Shown: in pieces, positions 9,170 to 20,472 of the stretch | Numbering within the stretch: position 1 is the stretch's first letter | Layout: each line of letters starts with the position of its first letter | DNA from: Aquifex aeolicus VF5 | GTDB taxonomy: Bacteria > Aquificota > Aquificia > Aquificales > Aquificaceae | DNA length: 32,000 bases | Reading direction: 5' to 3' | Assembly (NCBI RefSeq): GCF_000008625.1 | Contig: NC_000918.1 | Span: forward strand, 900,001-932,000 | Notes under the pieces: generated by a model | Told to the model about the DNA's origin: nothing | Database searches by the model: none | What the model saw: the letters and a program-made list of their open reading frames with translations, nothing else | Position numbers and translations under genes: made by a program

Positions 9170-10011
9170 CTCAATTCCTTAAAGAGTATCTTATTACCGT
9201 CCCGGTCGTAAACTACGGTAAGGAAAGTCTTAACTCCATGACTTTCCATGCTCATCTCTATCCTGAATACAGAACTCTTCACGTTCGCAAAGTTCTGAAT
9301 TCTGTAAAGAATGTCCAGAGTCATCCCTTCCACCATCAAAAGGTCTTTCAATTGTTTGAAAGGTTTTTCCTTTCTGTAATCCGCAATCCTCTTTGCTAGT
9401 TCCATGTCTATATCCCTGTCCAGAGAGTAAAGAACGAGAAGGGGGGCGGTGTTGATATTTACCTTTCCCTTTGAAAAGACAGTCAGAAACTCAAAGAGTC
9501 CTTCTCTGTCCTCTGCACCGTAAAGATCCTCCTTCTTTTCCCAGAAGAGTTCTATCTCGTAAGTTGAGTCTAAAGGCTTTCCCTTAGGCAGGTAATCCGT
9601 GTTGAGGCTTCCCTCCTCCTGACCCGTCCAGATTAGAATTCGATCGAGGAGTTCCCTGTCCACTTCTAAGTAAGTGATGAGTTTTTCAAAGACCTCGCTC
9701 AATCCCTTGTATTTTGTTATATAGTTCGGGTTCAAGTACCTGTCTTCGTCCACTATCGTTATGGAAACACTTCCTAAGGGTGTCTCAAAGGTGTAGGGTT
9801 TTGCCCAGAGGTCAGAAAGGGCGTCGTAAGAGGTGTCTTCCCTTTTGAGGAGCTCCGTTATCTTCGGAACCAAGGAGTCGAGGATGAGGTACTGCTTTTC
9901 TTTGAGATAAACCTTGTTTACGATTTCCTTTGCACTCTGGACGCTTTCACCGAGATCAGCAGCGTAAAAACTGAGCGTTAAGATAATTCCGAGAACCAGA
10001 ACTAGAATCAT
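9166..10011 (-). CDS. gspK: GspK-like minor pseudopilin
   Basis: N-terminal hydrophobic helix, LSDLWAKP, IVDEDRYLNPN and VNINTAP motifs, and helix-hairpin-helix-like segments (ELAKRIADYRKEKPFKQLKDLLMVEGMT). ATGA overlaps on both sides. Confidence 0.7.
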   Translation of the reverse strand: MILVLVLGIILTLSFYAADLGESVQSAKEIVNKVYLKEKQYLILDSLVPKITELLKREDTSYDALSDLWAKPYTFETPLGSVSITIVDEDRYLNPNYITKYKGLSEVFEKLITYLEVDRELLDRILIWTGQEEGSLNTDYLPKGKPLDSTYEIELFWEKKEDLYGAEDREGLFEFLTVFSKGKVNINTAPLLVLYSLDRDIDMELAKRIADYRKEKPFKQLKDLLMVEGMTLDILYRIQNFANVKSSVFRIEMSMESHGVKTFLTVVYDRDGNKILFKELR

Positions 10012-10667
10012 TTCATATAAACTCTGAGGTTGTTCAGGGTTCCTTGAACCTTTATCCTCACACCGTTTCCTTTAAACTCTCCGTCCACTTTGCTCATTAA
10101 GAAGTTTTTCCTGTTTAACGTTATCCTCCCCTGCCCCTTTAATTCCATTCCGAGGTACTTTACACTGCCTGTGAAGGTTTGCCCTTTGAAGTTTAAATTG
10201 ATCTCGTCCAGAAGAGCCAGCTCCGTTTTAAATCCCTCCAGCTTTACTCTTCCGTAAATTCCGTCGCTCAGTTCTATCCTTCCATTTACCTTTTTCACAA
10301 AGGGAGTGCAGGAAAAGTCCCTAAATTTTGTCTCAATGCTTCCCAAAAAGCTGTAAGAAATCTCCGAAATTTTTCCTCTGCACAGGATTTTCCCGTTAAC
10401 GGAGAGAAAACCGAGGGATAATTTTGTGTAGTCAAACTCCAATGCTTCCCGATTCTGGAAGTAAACCTTTCCTTTAAAGAGTTCTATACTCATGGAATTT
10501 TCCTTTACCTTCTGTGCGATTAGAAAGATTTTGTTCTGAATCAAAAGTCTGTCGAAGAGCAAAAACTTCGGAAAAGTAGCAAGAGAAAGCAAACCAAAGA
10601 ATATTAATGAAAAAAGAAATAAACCAAAAACCTTAAATATCCTCATCCCACCAGTCTTCTTCTTCAA
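10008..10667 (-). CDS. Hypothetical single-pass membrane protein, beta-rich periplasmic part (possibly GspN-like)
   Basis: 219 aa. One N-terminal TM (FKVFGLFLFSLIFFGLLSLATF) followed by repetitive beta-strand-like G-x-hydrophobic segments. Embedded by ATGA overlap in the gspD-gspK-gspF chain. The GspN assignment rests only on size, topology and position. Confidence 0.6.
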   Translation of the reverse strand: MKKKTGGMRIFKVFGLFLFSLIFFGLLSLATFPKFLLFDRLLIQNKIFLIAQKVKENSMSIELFKGKVYFQNREALEFDYTKLSLGFLSVNGKILCRGKISEISYSFLGSIETKFRDFSCTPFVKKVNGRIELSDGIYGRVKLEGFKTELALLDEINLNFKGQTFTGSVKYLGMELKGQGRITLNRKNFLMSKVDGEFKGNGVRIKVQGTLNNLRVYMK

Positions 10668-12510
10668 CTTCTACTTTCTTTTCTTCCTTTTTCTTTAATG
10701 CCTTCATGAGCTCACGGGCGAGTTTTTCGTGCTCCTGGGTGAGCTTTGCGAGTTCCTGAGGAGACGTTATCACGTAAGGGGTGAGAAATATAAAAAGGCT
10801 CGTTTTGTCCTTCTCGTCCCTGTCGTACCTGAAGAGTCTTCCCATAACGGGTATGTCTCCGAGGCCGGGTATTTTTTCAGTACTCTTTAAGCTCTTCCTG
10901 CTTATCAGTCCCCCTATCACCACAGTTCTTCCATTTTCCACGACCACGTCTGAGTTCAGTTCCCTGTTTGAGGTTATGGGCACCGTGTAGTTAACTCCTG
11001 AGACTTCGTTCGTTAAGTATCCCGTGATTTCCTGAAGTTTTAGTTCTATCACCAACCTCACGGTTTCTCCCGTGATTCTGGGAGTGATTTTCAGTTCAAG
11101 CCCCACGTCCTTGTAGTCGTAGGTGATTATAGGGTTTCCGTTAACGTCGTACTTTATTCCCGTTGGAAAAGGAACAACCTGACCTACTTTTATTAGGGCC
11201 TCCTGATTATCGAGGGTAAGGATTTTGGGGTTTGATACCACGTTAAAGCCCGTTCCCTGTTCAAGGAGAGAGAATAAAAACACGAGGTCCGGGAAGAAGA
11301 AGTCTATTCCTCCTATACTCACCGTGGTGCCGCTTTTGCTAAATCCCCCTATTACAAAGTTTCCCGATTTTATAGCGTTGTATACGTCCTGAAGTGAAGA
11401 GCCTTTAAAGGCTGCACCTCCGTGGGTTCCCAGTATCTGCCACCTTATTCCCGCCTCAAGAATGCTCTTTGCGGATGCCTCAATAATGGTCGCCGTGAGG
11501 AGGAGTTGTTTTCTCCTTTTATCTATCTTCTTTATAAATTCCCTTACAGCCTCGTACTCGCTCTTCGTGGCGTAAAGGATTAAGGAGTTCGTCCTCTTGT
11601 CAAAACCTATCTTCATACCGCTTTTTAGGGTTATTGAGGTTAGAGCTTGAACACCCTTTCCCTTTTTAGCTTTTTTAGTTCCCACGCTTACGCTTTTTAT
11701 TCCCTTAAATACGGAGTTTAAGCTCTCGTAAATCTCTTCGGCGGATACGAAGTTCAGGGGAATTATGTAAAAACTCCTTTCCGCTTCGAGGGAAGAAGGG
11801 TCATCCAGATCGGATATCACCTTTTCTATAATTCTGTGGATTTCCTTGTTTGCGTATACCGCAACAGCGTTCATCTCGTCCACACCCGCTATTACAACGG
11901 GCTCACCGTACCTTTTAGTGGAGAGCGTTGAAAAGGGATTCAGGAGTTTTACGACGTAGGAGGGTTTTACATACTTGAGTTTGTAGACTCTTACTTCACC
12001 ACCGCCAGAGTCTAAGTAAAAGAGTATCTTCTTCACTTTGTTTACGGAATCCGCGTAATCAGTGATTATTACAGAGTTAGATTGAGCGTGAAAGGCTATC
12101 CGACCGTAAGGCGAAAGGAAGGGTCTTAGAGCCGAAACCACCTGAGAGGCGTTTGTGTTTTTGAGTTTATAAACCAAAGTGACAAACTCCCCTCCCTTTC
12201 CCGCCTTTATCTCGGTAAAAGGATATCCCTGCGATGCCGGTACGATCTTCATGGTGTCCTTTTCAAGGATCAGGGAAAACCCCTGAGAGGCGAGAGCCTG
12301 AGAAAAGAGTTCAAGGGCTTCGGACTCGCTTATTTCTCCGTTTGATATTATCGTTATCTTTCCCTTAACCCTTGGGTCTATTACGAGGTTCTTTCCAAGA
12401 AGCTTTGCCACCTGAACAGCTACGGTTTTAATGTCAACTTCGTCAAACTTGAGAACAACTCCCGAAAAGCCAAGGGAAAGGATGAGAAAAAGGAGTATTA
12501 TAATCCTCAT
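10633..12510 (-). CDS. gspD: Secretin, GspD/PilQ family
   Basis: Signal peptide. GspD-type N0 domain (DEVDIKTVAVQVAKLLGKNLVIDPRVKGKITI). C-terminal secretin domain (VVVENGRTVVIGGLI...KIPGLGDIPVMGRLFR...SLFIFLTPYVI). Lys/Glu-rich tail ending DWWDEDI. Confidence 0.92.
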   Translation of the reverse strand: MRIIILLFLILSLGFSGVVLKFDEVDIKTVAVQVAKLLGKNLVIDPRVKGKITIISNGEISESEALELFSQALASQGFSLILEKDTMKIVPASQGYPFTEIKAGKGGEFVTLVYKLKNTNASQVVSALRPFLSPYGRIAFHAQSNSVIITDYADSVNKVKKILFYLDSGGGEVRVYKLKYVKPSYVVKLLNPFSTLSTKRYGEPVVIAGVDEMNAVAVYANKEIHRIIEKVISDLDDPSSLEAERSFYIIPLNFVSAEEIYESLNSVFKGIKSVSVGTKKAKKGKGVQALTSITLKSGMKIGFDKRTNSLILYATKSEYEAVREFIKKIDKRRKQLLLTATIIEASAKSILEAGIRWQILGTHGGAAFKGSSLQDVYNAIKSGNFVIGGFSKSGTTVSIGGIDFFFPDLVFLFSLLEQGTGFNVVSNPKILTLDNQEALIKVGQVVPFPTGIKYDVNGNPIITYDYKDVGLELKITPRITGETVRLVIELKLQEITGYLTNEVSGVNYTVPITSNRELNSDVVVENGRTVVIGGLISRKSLKSTEKIPGLGDIPVMGRLFRYDRDEKDKTSLFIFLTPYVITSPQELAKLTQEHEKLARELMKALKKKEEKKVEVEEEDWWDEDI

Positions 12511-12938
12511 ACCACGTCTCCTTCCCGTGGGAGAAAGAGGAGCACTCCTAAGGTGCTGATGGCGTATCCGAGAAGGACACTCTGTATATGTCCTGCAAAC
12601 ACGAAGAAGGCGTAACCTATGAAGTAGGGAGTCGTTAAAAGGAAATAACTCCAGAAGTACCGCCTCATGGCTATGTAGCCCCAGTACTCCCCTTGGGCTT
12701 TTACGGGAAGAAAGAACTTTCTTATCAAAAAGGCGATAAGGTAGGAAATAGCTCCGCTAATTATCTCCGCCGTGTAAACGTAGTAAACGAGCTTCTCTAC
12801 AACGGGCATCTTGAAGTAAGGGTAGAGGATAAAGGCACCGATAAGAAGAAGAGTGTATCCGCCTATAAAGGCGTAGGCAAACTCCCTAGCTCTTTTTATG
12901 AATAGCCGCTTCTTGTCCGGAGTATCTCCTTGAGCCAT
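12507..12938 (-). CDS. Hypothetical integral membrane protein (about 4 TM)
   Basis: 143 aa with four hydrophobic segments. The stop overlaps the gspD start (ATGA). The 5' end overlaps the purA 3' end by 43 nt. An AGAGGGA SD-like element lies about 10 nt upstream of ATG 12938. Confidence 0.6.
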   Translation of the reverse strand: MAQGDTPDKKRLFIKRAREFAYAFIGGYTLLLIGAFILYPYFKMPVVEKLVYYVYTAEIISGAISYLIAFLIRKFFLPVKAQGEYWGYIAMRRYFWSYFLLTTPYFIGYAFFVFAGHIQSVLLGYAISTLGVLLFLPREGDVV

Positions 12939-14194
12939 ATGTACTCGTCCCTCTTCGGTCCTGTGGATAGCATTACTACGGGGACACCCGTGTACTCTTC
13001 AATAAATTTTACGTAATCGAGAGCTTCCTTTGGCAATTCACTGACGTCTTTAGCACCTTTTGTGCTTTTCTTCCATCCCTTTAAGGTTTTGTATACGGGT
13101 TTAACCCTTATAAGTTCCGAGTAGGAGGCTGGGAAGTAATCTATCACCTCACCGTCCAGCTCGTAAGCCACGCAAACCTTTACCTCGTCAAAGGTATCTA
13201 AAACGTCAAGCTTCGTTATCACAAACCCGTCGAGCCCGTTTACCTGAACTGCGTATTTTAGGGCTACGAGGTCTAACCAACCGCACCTTCTCGGTCTTCC
13301 CGTAGTGGATCCGTACTCCCCGCCAAGTTCTCTGAGTTTTTCTCCCTCTTCGCCTTTGAGTTCCGTGGGGAAAGGTCCTTCTCCTACCCTCGTGGTGTAG
13401 GCTTTTGCCACGCCGAGGAAGAAAGCGTCGGAGAAGTACTTGGGAGGCATACCAGTTCCGTTGGAAAGCCCGAGAGCTGAGGCGTTTGAAGAAGTCACGT
13501 AAGGGTAAGTTCCCATGTCAACGTCAAGGAGCGTTCCTTGAGCACCTTCAAATAGGACTGAACCTTTCTGGGTGTTGAAAAACCTCAAAAGGTCAACGAC
13601 GTTTTCTTTAAACTCCTCAAAGTACCTGAGCTGTTCCTCGTAAATCTGGTTTATGTCAAGGTCAAACTTTTCGCAGAATACCTTTTCACAAATGTTTTTA
13701 ACGAAATCTAGATTGTCTTCCAGCAAGGTGTAAAAGCGTTTTTCGTCTTTCAGATCGCTTATCCTTATCCCCTTCCTTCCGTATTTGAACATGTAGGCGG
13801 GGCCTATACCCCTTAAAGTCGTGCCTATACCCTTTTTCTTTTCAAAAAGGGAATCTAGGAGCTTGTGGTAGGGCATAACGAGGTGAGCTCTGTCGCTTAT
13901 AAACAGCCTTTCCTTTACGTATATCCCCTTTTCTTCGAGATTCTTTACCTCTTTGTGGAGAACTTCAAGATCCACAACCATTCCCTGTGCTATTACGCCC
14001 TTTACGTGTTCGTGGAGTATGCCCGTGGGAAGGAGGTGGAGGATAAACTTCTGGGAGTTTACGACTACAGTATGTCCCGCGTTGCTACCGCCCTGATACC
14101 TTACGGTTATGTCAAAGTGTTCAGAAAGGAGGTCTACTATCTTACCCTTTCCTTCGTCACCCCACTGGGCACCCAAAATAATGAGCTTTTCCAT
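12896..14194 (-). CDS. purA: Adenylosuccinate synthetase
   Basis: GAQWGDEGKGKIVD P-loop, GGSNAGHTV, GTTLRGIGPAY, and STTGRPRRCGWLD. Confidence 0.97.
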   Translation of the reverse strand: MEKLIILGAQWGDEGKGKIVDLLSEHFDITVRYQGGSNAGHTVVVNSQKFILHLLPTGILHEHVKGVIAQGMVVDLEVLHKEVKNLEEKGIYVKERLFISDRAHLVMPYHKLLDSLFEKKKGIGTTLRGIGPAYMFKYGRKGIRISDLKDEKRFYTLLEDNLDFVKNICEKVFCEKFDLDINQIYEEQLRYFEEFKENVVDLLRFFNTQKGSVLFEGAQGTLLDVDMGTYPYVTSSNASALGLSNGTGMPPKYFSDAFFLGVAKAYTTRVGEGPFPTELKGEEGEKLRELGGEYGSTTGRPRRCGWLDLVALKYAVQVNGLDGFVITKLDVLDTFDEVKVCVAYELDGEVIDYFPASYSELIRVKPVYKTLKGWKKSTKGAKDVSELPKEALDYVKFIEEYTGVPVVMLSTGPKRDEYIWLKEILRTRSGYS

Positions 14195-14214
14195 TCACAA
14201 ACCCCGAACAAAAA

Positions 14215-14220
14215 ATTATA
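14215..14220 (-). promoter_or_regulatory. Consensus -10 TATAAT, 20 nt upstream of the purA ATG (short leadered transcript)
   Basis: Plus strand attata at 14215-14220, just after the THEP1 stop. A GGGG SD-like run lies 7-8 nt before the ATG. Confidence 0.35.
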
Positions 14221-14222
14221 TC

Positions 14223-14759
14223 TTACCGCTCAAGAAGTGAGAGAATGTCCTCTAGTATCACGTCCCTGTTTTCTGGAGTGAGTTCGATCAGAACGGCTCC
14301 CGGCAAACGCCTGATTTCTTTAACTAGAGGGTGCACGTCCCTTATGGGAATAGTCGCCACCACGTTTACGTTCGGATCGTGCATTATCTGTCTTACAAGA
14401 TCCCTGAACTTTTTGGAAAAGAGTTCCATTTTACCGATCTCGTCTATGATTATCACCTTTCTCCTGTCTTTTTTTGCCTCCCTATAAGCCCTTTCAAGGA
14501 TGGGTATGGCAAGTTCTTCAAAGTACTGGACGTTAACACCGTAAGAACCAACCAGCTTTTTAGAGGTAAAAAACTTTGAAGAAAATATCTTCTTCTTTCC
14601 CTCAGTTGTTATTATCCTGAACCCAGTTCTCTTCTTTGTTTCAGGATCTCTCACTTCTTCCGTCCAGAAACCGATGGCTCTTTTTCCAAGTCTTTCAACG
14701 ATTTTTTTTACAAGGGTTGTTTTTCCTACACCGGGTTCACCGGTTATGATGATTTTCAT
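14223..14759 (-). CDS. THEP1-type nucleoside-triphosphatase (ATG 14759; the tracked TTG 14765 is 2 codons upstream)
   Basis: MKIIITGEPGVGKTTL Walker A and IIIDEIGKME Walker B. About 178 aa, stand-alone. Matches the THEP1/NTPase family first characterised from Aquifex (recalled from memory). Confidence 0.85.
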   Translation of the reverse strand: MKIIITGEPGVGKTTLVKKIVERLGKRAIGFWTEEVRDPETKKRTGFRIITTEGKKKIFSSKFFTSKKLVGSYGVNVQYFEELAIPILERAYREAKKDRRKVIIIDEIGKMELFSKKFRDLVRQIMHDPNVNVVATIPIRDVHPLVKEIRRLPGAVLIELTPENRDVILEDILSLLER

Positions 14760-14766
14760 TATCAAA

Positions 14767-14772
14767 ATTTTA
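14767..14772 (-). promoter_or_regulatory. -10-like TAAAAT, 7 nt upstream of the THEP1-NTPase ATG 14759
   Basis: Plus strand atttta at 14767-14772. The spacer contains no SD. Confidence 0.35.
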
Positions 14773-14811
14773 CAATGAGCTGAGTACCTGTTTCTCTAAT
14801 ATATCAATAAC

Positions 14812-14817
14812 TATAAT
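14812..14817 (+). promoter_or_regulatory. Consensus -10 TATAAT, 10 nt upstream of the alaS ATG 14828
   Basis: tataat at 14812-14817. The spacer ttaaattggt contains no SD. Confidence 0.4.
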
Positions 14818-14821
14818 TTAA

Positions 14822-17431
<2,610 letters not shown>

Positions 17432-17435
17432 AGGT

Positions 17436-17906
17436 GTGATGAAGGAAGAGACACGAACGGGTATCGGACTCAAAGACGTGAGTATAAGGCTCGTGAGCGA
17501 GTCTCCCCTCCTTCCCGTGGGGGGCTTCGTTTACTGTGAGTACGGAATCCCCGTAAGGTATCTGAAGATAGACGAAAACGAAGTAAAACTCGAGATTTCC
17601 GTGGAAAAGCTGAAAAATTTATCGAGGGTGTGTGAAAACATAGAGCAAGTTGTTGACAAAGTTGTAGAAGAGTTGAGGTACGCCCTGCCCGAGGGTGTTT
17701 TCACTATAGCGAAGGTTTACGCAAACGGTATTAAACTCAGAGAACTCTCTTACCTTGAAGAGTACACTTCCGTGGGTAAAGGAATAATAATAGACGAGGA
17801 CAGGGAACTGGATCAGGAAATGCCCGCTTACGTTAAGGAAAACAGGGAAACGATCCTCGGCACTATCAGGGAAGTCATCCTGCTTGAGCTCATGTACTCT
17901 TCTTAA
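17436..17906 (+). CDS. Hypothetical protein, 156 aa, no family recognised
   Basis: Starts 4 nt after the alaS stop, behind an AAGGTG SD-like element. Composition matches the neighbours. No TM segment, signal peptide or catalytic motif is visible. Confidence 0.65.
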   Translation: MMKEETRTGIGLKDVSIRLVSESPLLPVGGFVYCEYGIPVRYLKIDENEVKLEISVEKLKNLSRVCENIEQVVDKVVEELRYALPEGVFTIAKVYANGIKLRELSYLEEYTSVGKGIIIDEDRELDQEMPAYVKENRETILGTIREVILLELMYSS

Positions 17907-17948
17907 AAAGACATTATAAAGATATATAACACTGTTTTTGTCATAGCC

Positions 17949-17976
17949 TTGAAAAAGCTTAGGTTTTTTTTATTTT
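17949..17976 (+). promoter_or_regulatory. Candidate clpC promoter: TTGAAA-16 nt-TATTTT
   Basis: ttgaaa at 17949-17954 and tatttt at 17971-17976. This predicts a leader of roughly 20 nt containing the GAGG SD. Confidence 0.3.
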
Positions 17977-18002
17977 ATAAAAAACTGAGAGAGGTAAGAG
18001 AC

Positions 18003-20435
18003 ATGTTTGAGAAGTTCACAGAAAGGGCAAGACAAGTTATCTTGAGGGCGAGGGAAGAAGCCCTCGAGCTGGGACACAGCTACTTGGGAAGTGAACATAT
18101 TTTGCTTGCTCTGATAAAGGATGAGGACATACCCGTCCTCGTCCTCAGCAAGCTGGGTGTCTCTCCTGAGAAGATAAGAAAGGCCATAATGGGCCAAATA
18201 ACTAAGGGAAGCCACTCGGGAGAGGTACTCTTCGCACCCGACGCAAAAAGGGTAATAGAGTTTGCAGTTGAAGAAGCGAGAATTCTTCACCACCAGTTCG
18301 TAGGTCCCGAACACCTACTTATCGGAGTGGTTAGAGAAAAGACGGGACTCGGTGGAAGAATTTTAAGGAGCTTTGGACTGGACGAGTACTCCGTAAGGAG
18401 AGAGGTACTTCAACTACTCGGAGAACTTCCCCCTCAAGAAAGCCAGAGGTACGTATCCACTCCTAACCTTGACAGGTTCTCAAGGGACCTCACCCAAATG
18501 GCAAGGGAAGGAAAGCTCGACCCAGTAATAGGCAGGGAAAAGGAAATAGAGAGAGTTATCCAGATACTCGTAAGAAGAAGGAAGAACAACCCTGTCTTGC
18601 TCGGAGACCCCGGAGTTGGTAAGACGGCGATAGTAGAAGGGCTGGCTCAAAGGATAGCAAATAAGGAAGTTCCCGAACCGCTACTCAATAAGAGGGTAGT
18701 GGCTTTAGACCTTGCGGCACTAGTTGCGGGAACCAAGTACAGAGGACAGTTCGAAGAAAGGCTTAAGAACATCTTAAAAGAACTTGAGAAGGCTAACAAC
18801 GTAATACTCTTCATAGACGAACTTCACACACTCGTTGGAGCGGGTTCTGCGGAAGGCTCGATAGACGCATCCAATATGCTAAAACCCGCCCTCGCGAGAG
18901 GTGAAATTCAGGTAATAGGAGCTACCACCGTAGACGAGTACAGGAAGTACATAGAAAAGGACGGAGCACTGGAGAGAAGGTTCCAGCCCGTTTACGTAGA
19001 ACAGCCATCACCCGAGGATACGATCCAGATACTTTACGGACTCAAACCCAAGTTTGAAGAGTTCCACAAGGTAGAGTACACACCCGAGGCAATAGAAAAG
19101 GCTGTGGAACTCTCCGTCAAGTACATAACCGACAGAAACCTGCCAGATAAGGCTATAGACGTTATGGACGAGGCGGGAGCACTCGTAAAGCTGAAGGCAA
19201 CTCAACTCCCTCCTGAACTCAAGGAGATAGAGGAAAAGATTAAGGAACTCGAGAAGGAAAAGGAAAAGGCTGTAAAGGAACAGGACTACGAGAAGGCTGC
19301 AAAGATAAGGGACGAAGAGTTGAGACTCAGGGCTAAGTTCGAAACGATGAAGGCTAAGTGGAAGGAAGAAATGGAAAAGAACAGACCCAAAGTTACGGAC
19401 GAGGACGTTGCAGAAGTAGTCGCAAGGTGGACGGGCGTTCCCGTGAAGAGGGTACACGAAAGTGATGCGGAGAAACTCCTCCACATAGAAGAAGAATTGA
19501 AGAAGAGGGTTGTAGGTCAGGACGAGGCTATAAAGGCAGTAGCGAAGGCGATAAGACGTTCAAGAGTCGGACTGAAAGGAAAACACAGACCCATAGGCGT
19601 ATTCATGTTCCTAGGACCTACTGGTGTGGGTAAGACCGAAACCGCGAAGGCACTTGCGGAATACCTATTCGGAACGGAAGACGCACTCATCAGGTTTGAT
19701 ATGTCCGAGTACATGGAAAAGCACACCGTTTCAAGACTAATCGGTGCACCTCCCGGATACGTTGGATACGAAGAAGGTGGACAGCTCACAGAGGCGGTAA
19801 GGAGAAGACCTTACAGCGTTCTCCTATTTGACGAAATAGAGAAGGCCCACCCAGACGTATTCAACATCTTCCTCCAGATATTCGACGACGGAAGACTAAC
19901 GGACGGACTCGGAAGGACCGTTGACTTCTCCAACACCATAATAATCATGACCTCAAACCTCGGAGCTAGACTCATCACAGGCGGAACGATGGGATTCGAA
20001 AAGAAACAGGGACTCCTTAACTTCGAAGAGATGAGGAAAAACGTCCTTGATCAGGTAAAGAGAACCTTCAGCCCTGAATTCCTAAACAGACTGGACGAAA
20101 TTATAGTGTTCAGGCCTCTCGAGAAGAAAGACATAGAACAGATACTCGAACTACAACTAAAAGAGATAAACGAAAAACTAAAAGACTGGAACGTGAGAGT
20201 AAAACTCCACAAGTCCTTCGTAAACTGGATCATAGAAAAAGAGTACAAGCCCGAATTCGGAGCAAGGAGCTTGAAGAGGGCTCTCCAAAGACACGTTGAA
20301 GATCTGCTCGCTGAAGAACTCATAAAGGGAACGCTCAAAGGCGTAGAAGAAGTAGAAATAAGGGTAAGGAACGACAAGCCCTACCTCAAACCCGTAAAGA
20401 AGAAGGAAAAAGTAGAAGCCCTTCTCGAAAAGTAA
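18003..20435 (+). CDS. clpC: ClpC/ClpA-type AAA+ chaperone-unfoldase (ATG 18003; the tracked TTG 17949 extension is unlikely)
   Basis: Starts [13 protein letters not shown] (Clp_N repeat, two copies). Walker A GDPGVGKT (D1) and GPTGVGKT (D2). Short UVR-like middle domain ([14 protein letters not shown]). GTMGFEKK loop resembles the ClpP-docking (I/L/V)GF tripeptide. GAGG SD lies 8 nt upstream of ATG 18003. Confidence 0.93.
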   Translation: MFEKFTERARQVILRAREEALELGHSYLGSEHILLALIKDEDIPVLVLSKLGVSPEKIRKAIMGQITKGSHSGEVLFAPDAKRVIEFAVEEARILHHQFVGPEHLLIGVVREKTGLGGRILRSFGLDEYSVRREVLQLLGELPPQESQRYVSTPNLDRFSRDLTQMAREGKLDPVIGREKEIERVIQILVRRRKNNPVLLGDPGVGKTAIVEGLAQRIANKEVPEPLLNKRVVALDLAALVAGTKYRGQFEERLKNILKELEKANNVILFIDELHTLVGAGSAEGSIDASNMLKPALARGEIQVIGATTVDEYRKYIEKDGALERRFQPVYVEQPSPEDTIQILYGLKPKFEEFHKVEYTPEAIEKAVELSVKYITDRNLPDKAIDVMDEAGALVKLKATQLPPELKEIEEKIKELEKEKEKAVKEQDYEKAAKIRDEELRLRAKFETMKAKWKEEMEKNRPKVTDEDVAEVVARWTGVPVKRVHESDAEKLLHIEEELKKRVVGQDEAIKAVAKAIRRSRVGLKGKHRPIGVFMFLGPTGVGKTETAKALAEYLFGTEDALIRFDMSEYMEKHTVSRLIGAPPGYVGYEEGGQLTEAVRRRPYSVLLFDEIEKAHPDVFNIFLQIFDDGRLTDGLGRTVDFSNTIIIMTSNLGARLITGGTMGFEKKQGLLNFEEMRKNVLDQVKRTFSPEFLNRLDEIIVFRPLEKKDIEQILELQLKEINEKLKDWNVRVKLHKSFVNWIIEKEYKPEFGARSLKRALQRHVEDLLAEELIKGTLKGVEEVEIRVRNDKPYLKPVKKKEKVEALLEK

Positions 20436-20457
20436 GCCCCTTTTTCCTTCTTTCCTT

Positions 20458-20463
20458 TATAAT
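20458..20463 (+). promoter_or_regulatory. Consensus -10 TATAAT, 9 nt upstream of the bamA GTG 20473
   Basis: tataat at 20458-20463. The spacer actttcctt contains no SD. Confidence 0.35.
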
Positions 20464-20472
20464 ACTTTCCTT

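Noticed and set aside
17949-18002. Tracked TTG-initiated 18-codon N-terminal extension of clpC ([18 protein letters not shown])
   Set aside because: ClpC/ClpA family proteins begin at the MFE(K/R)FT motif. ATG 18003 has a properly spaced GAGG SD. The extension would also cover the candidate promoter.
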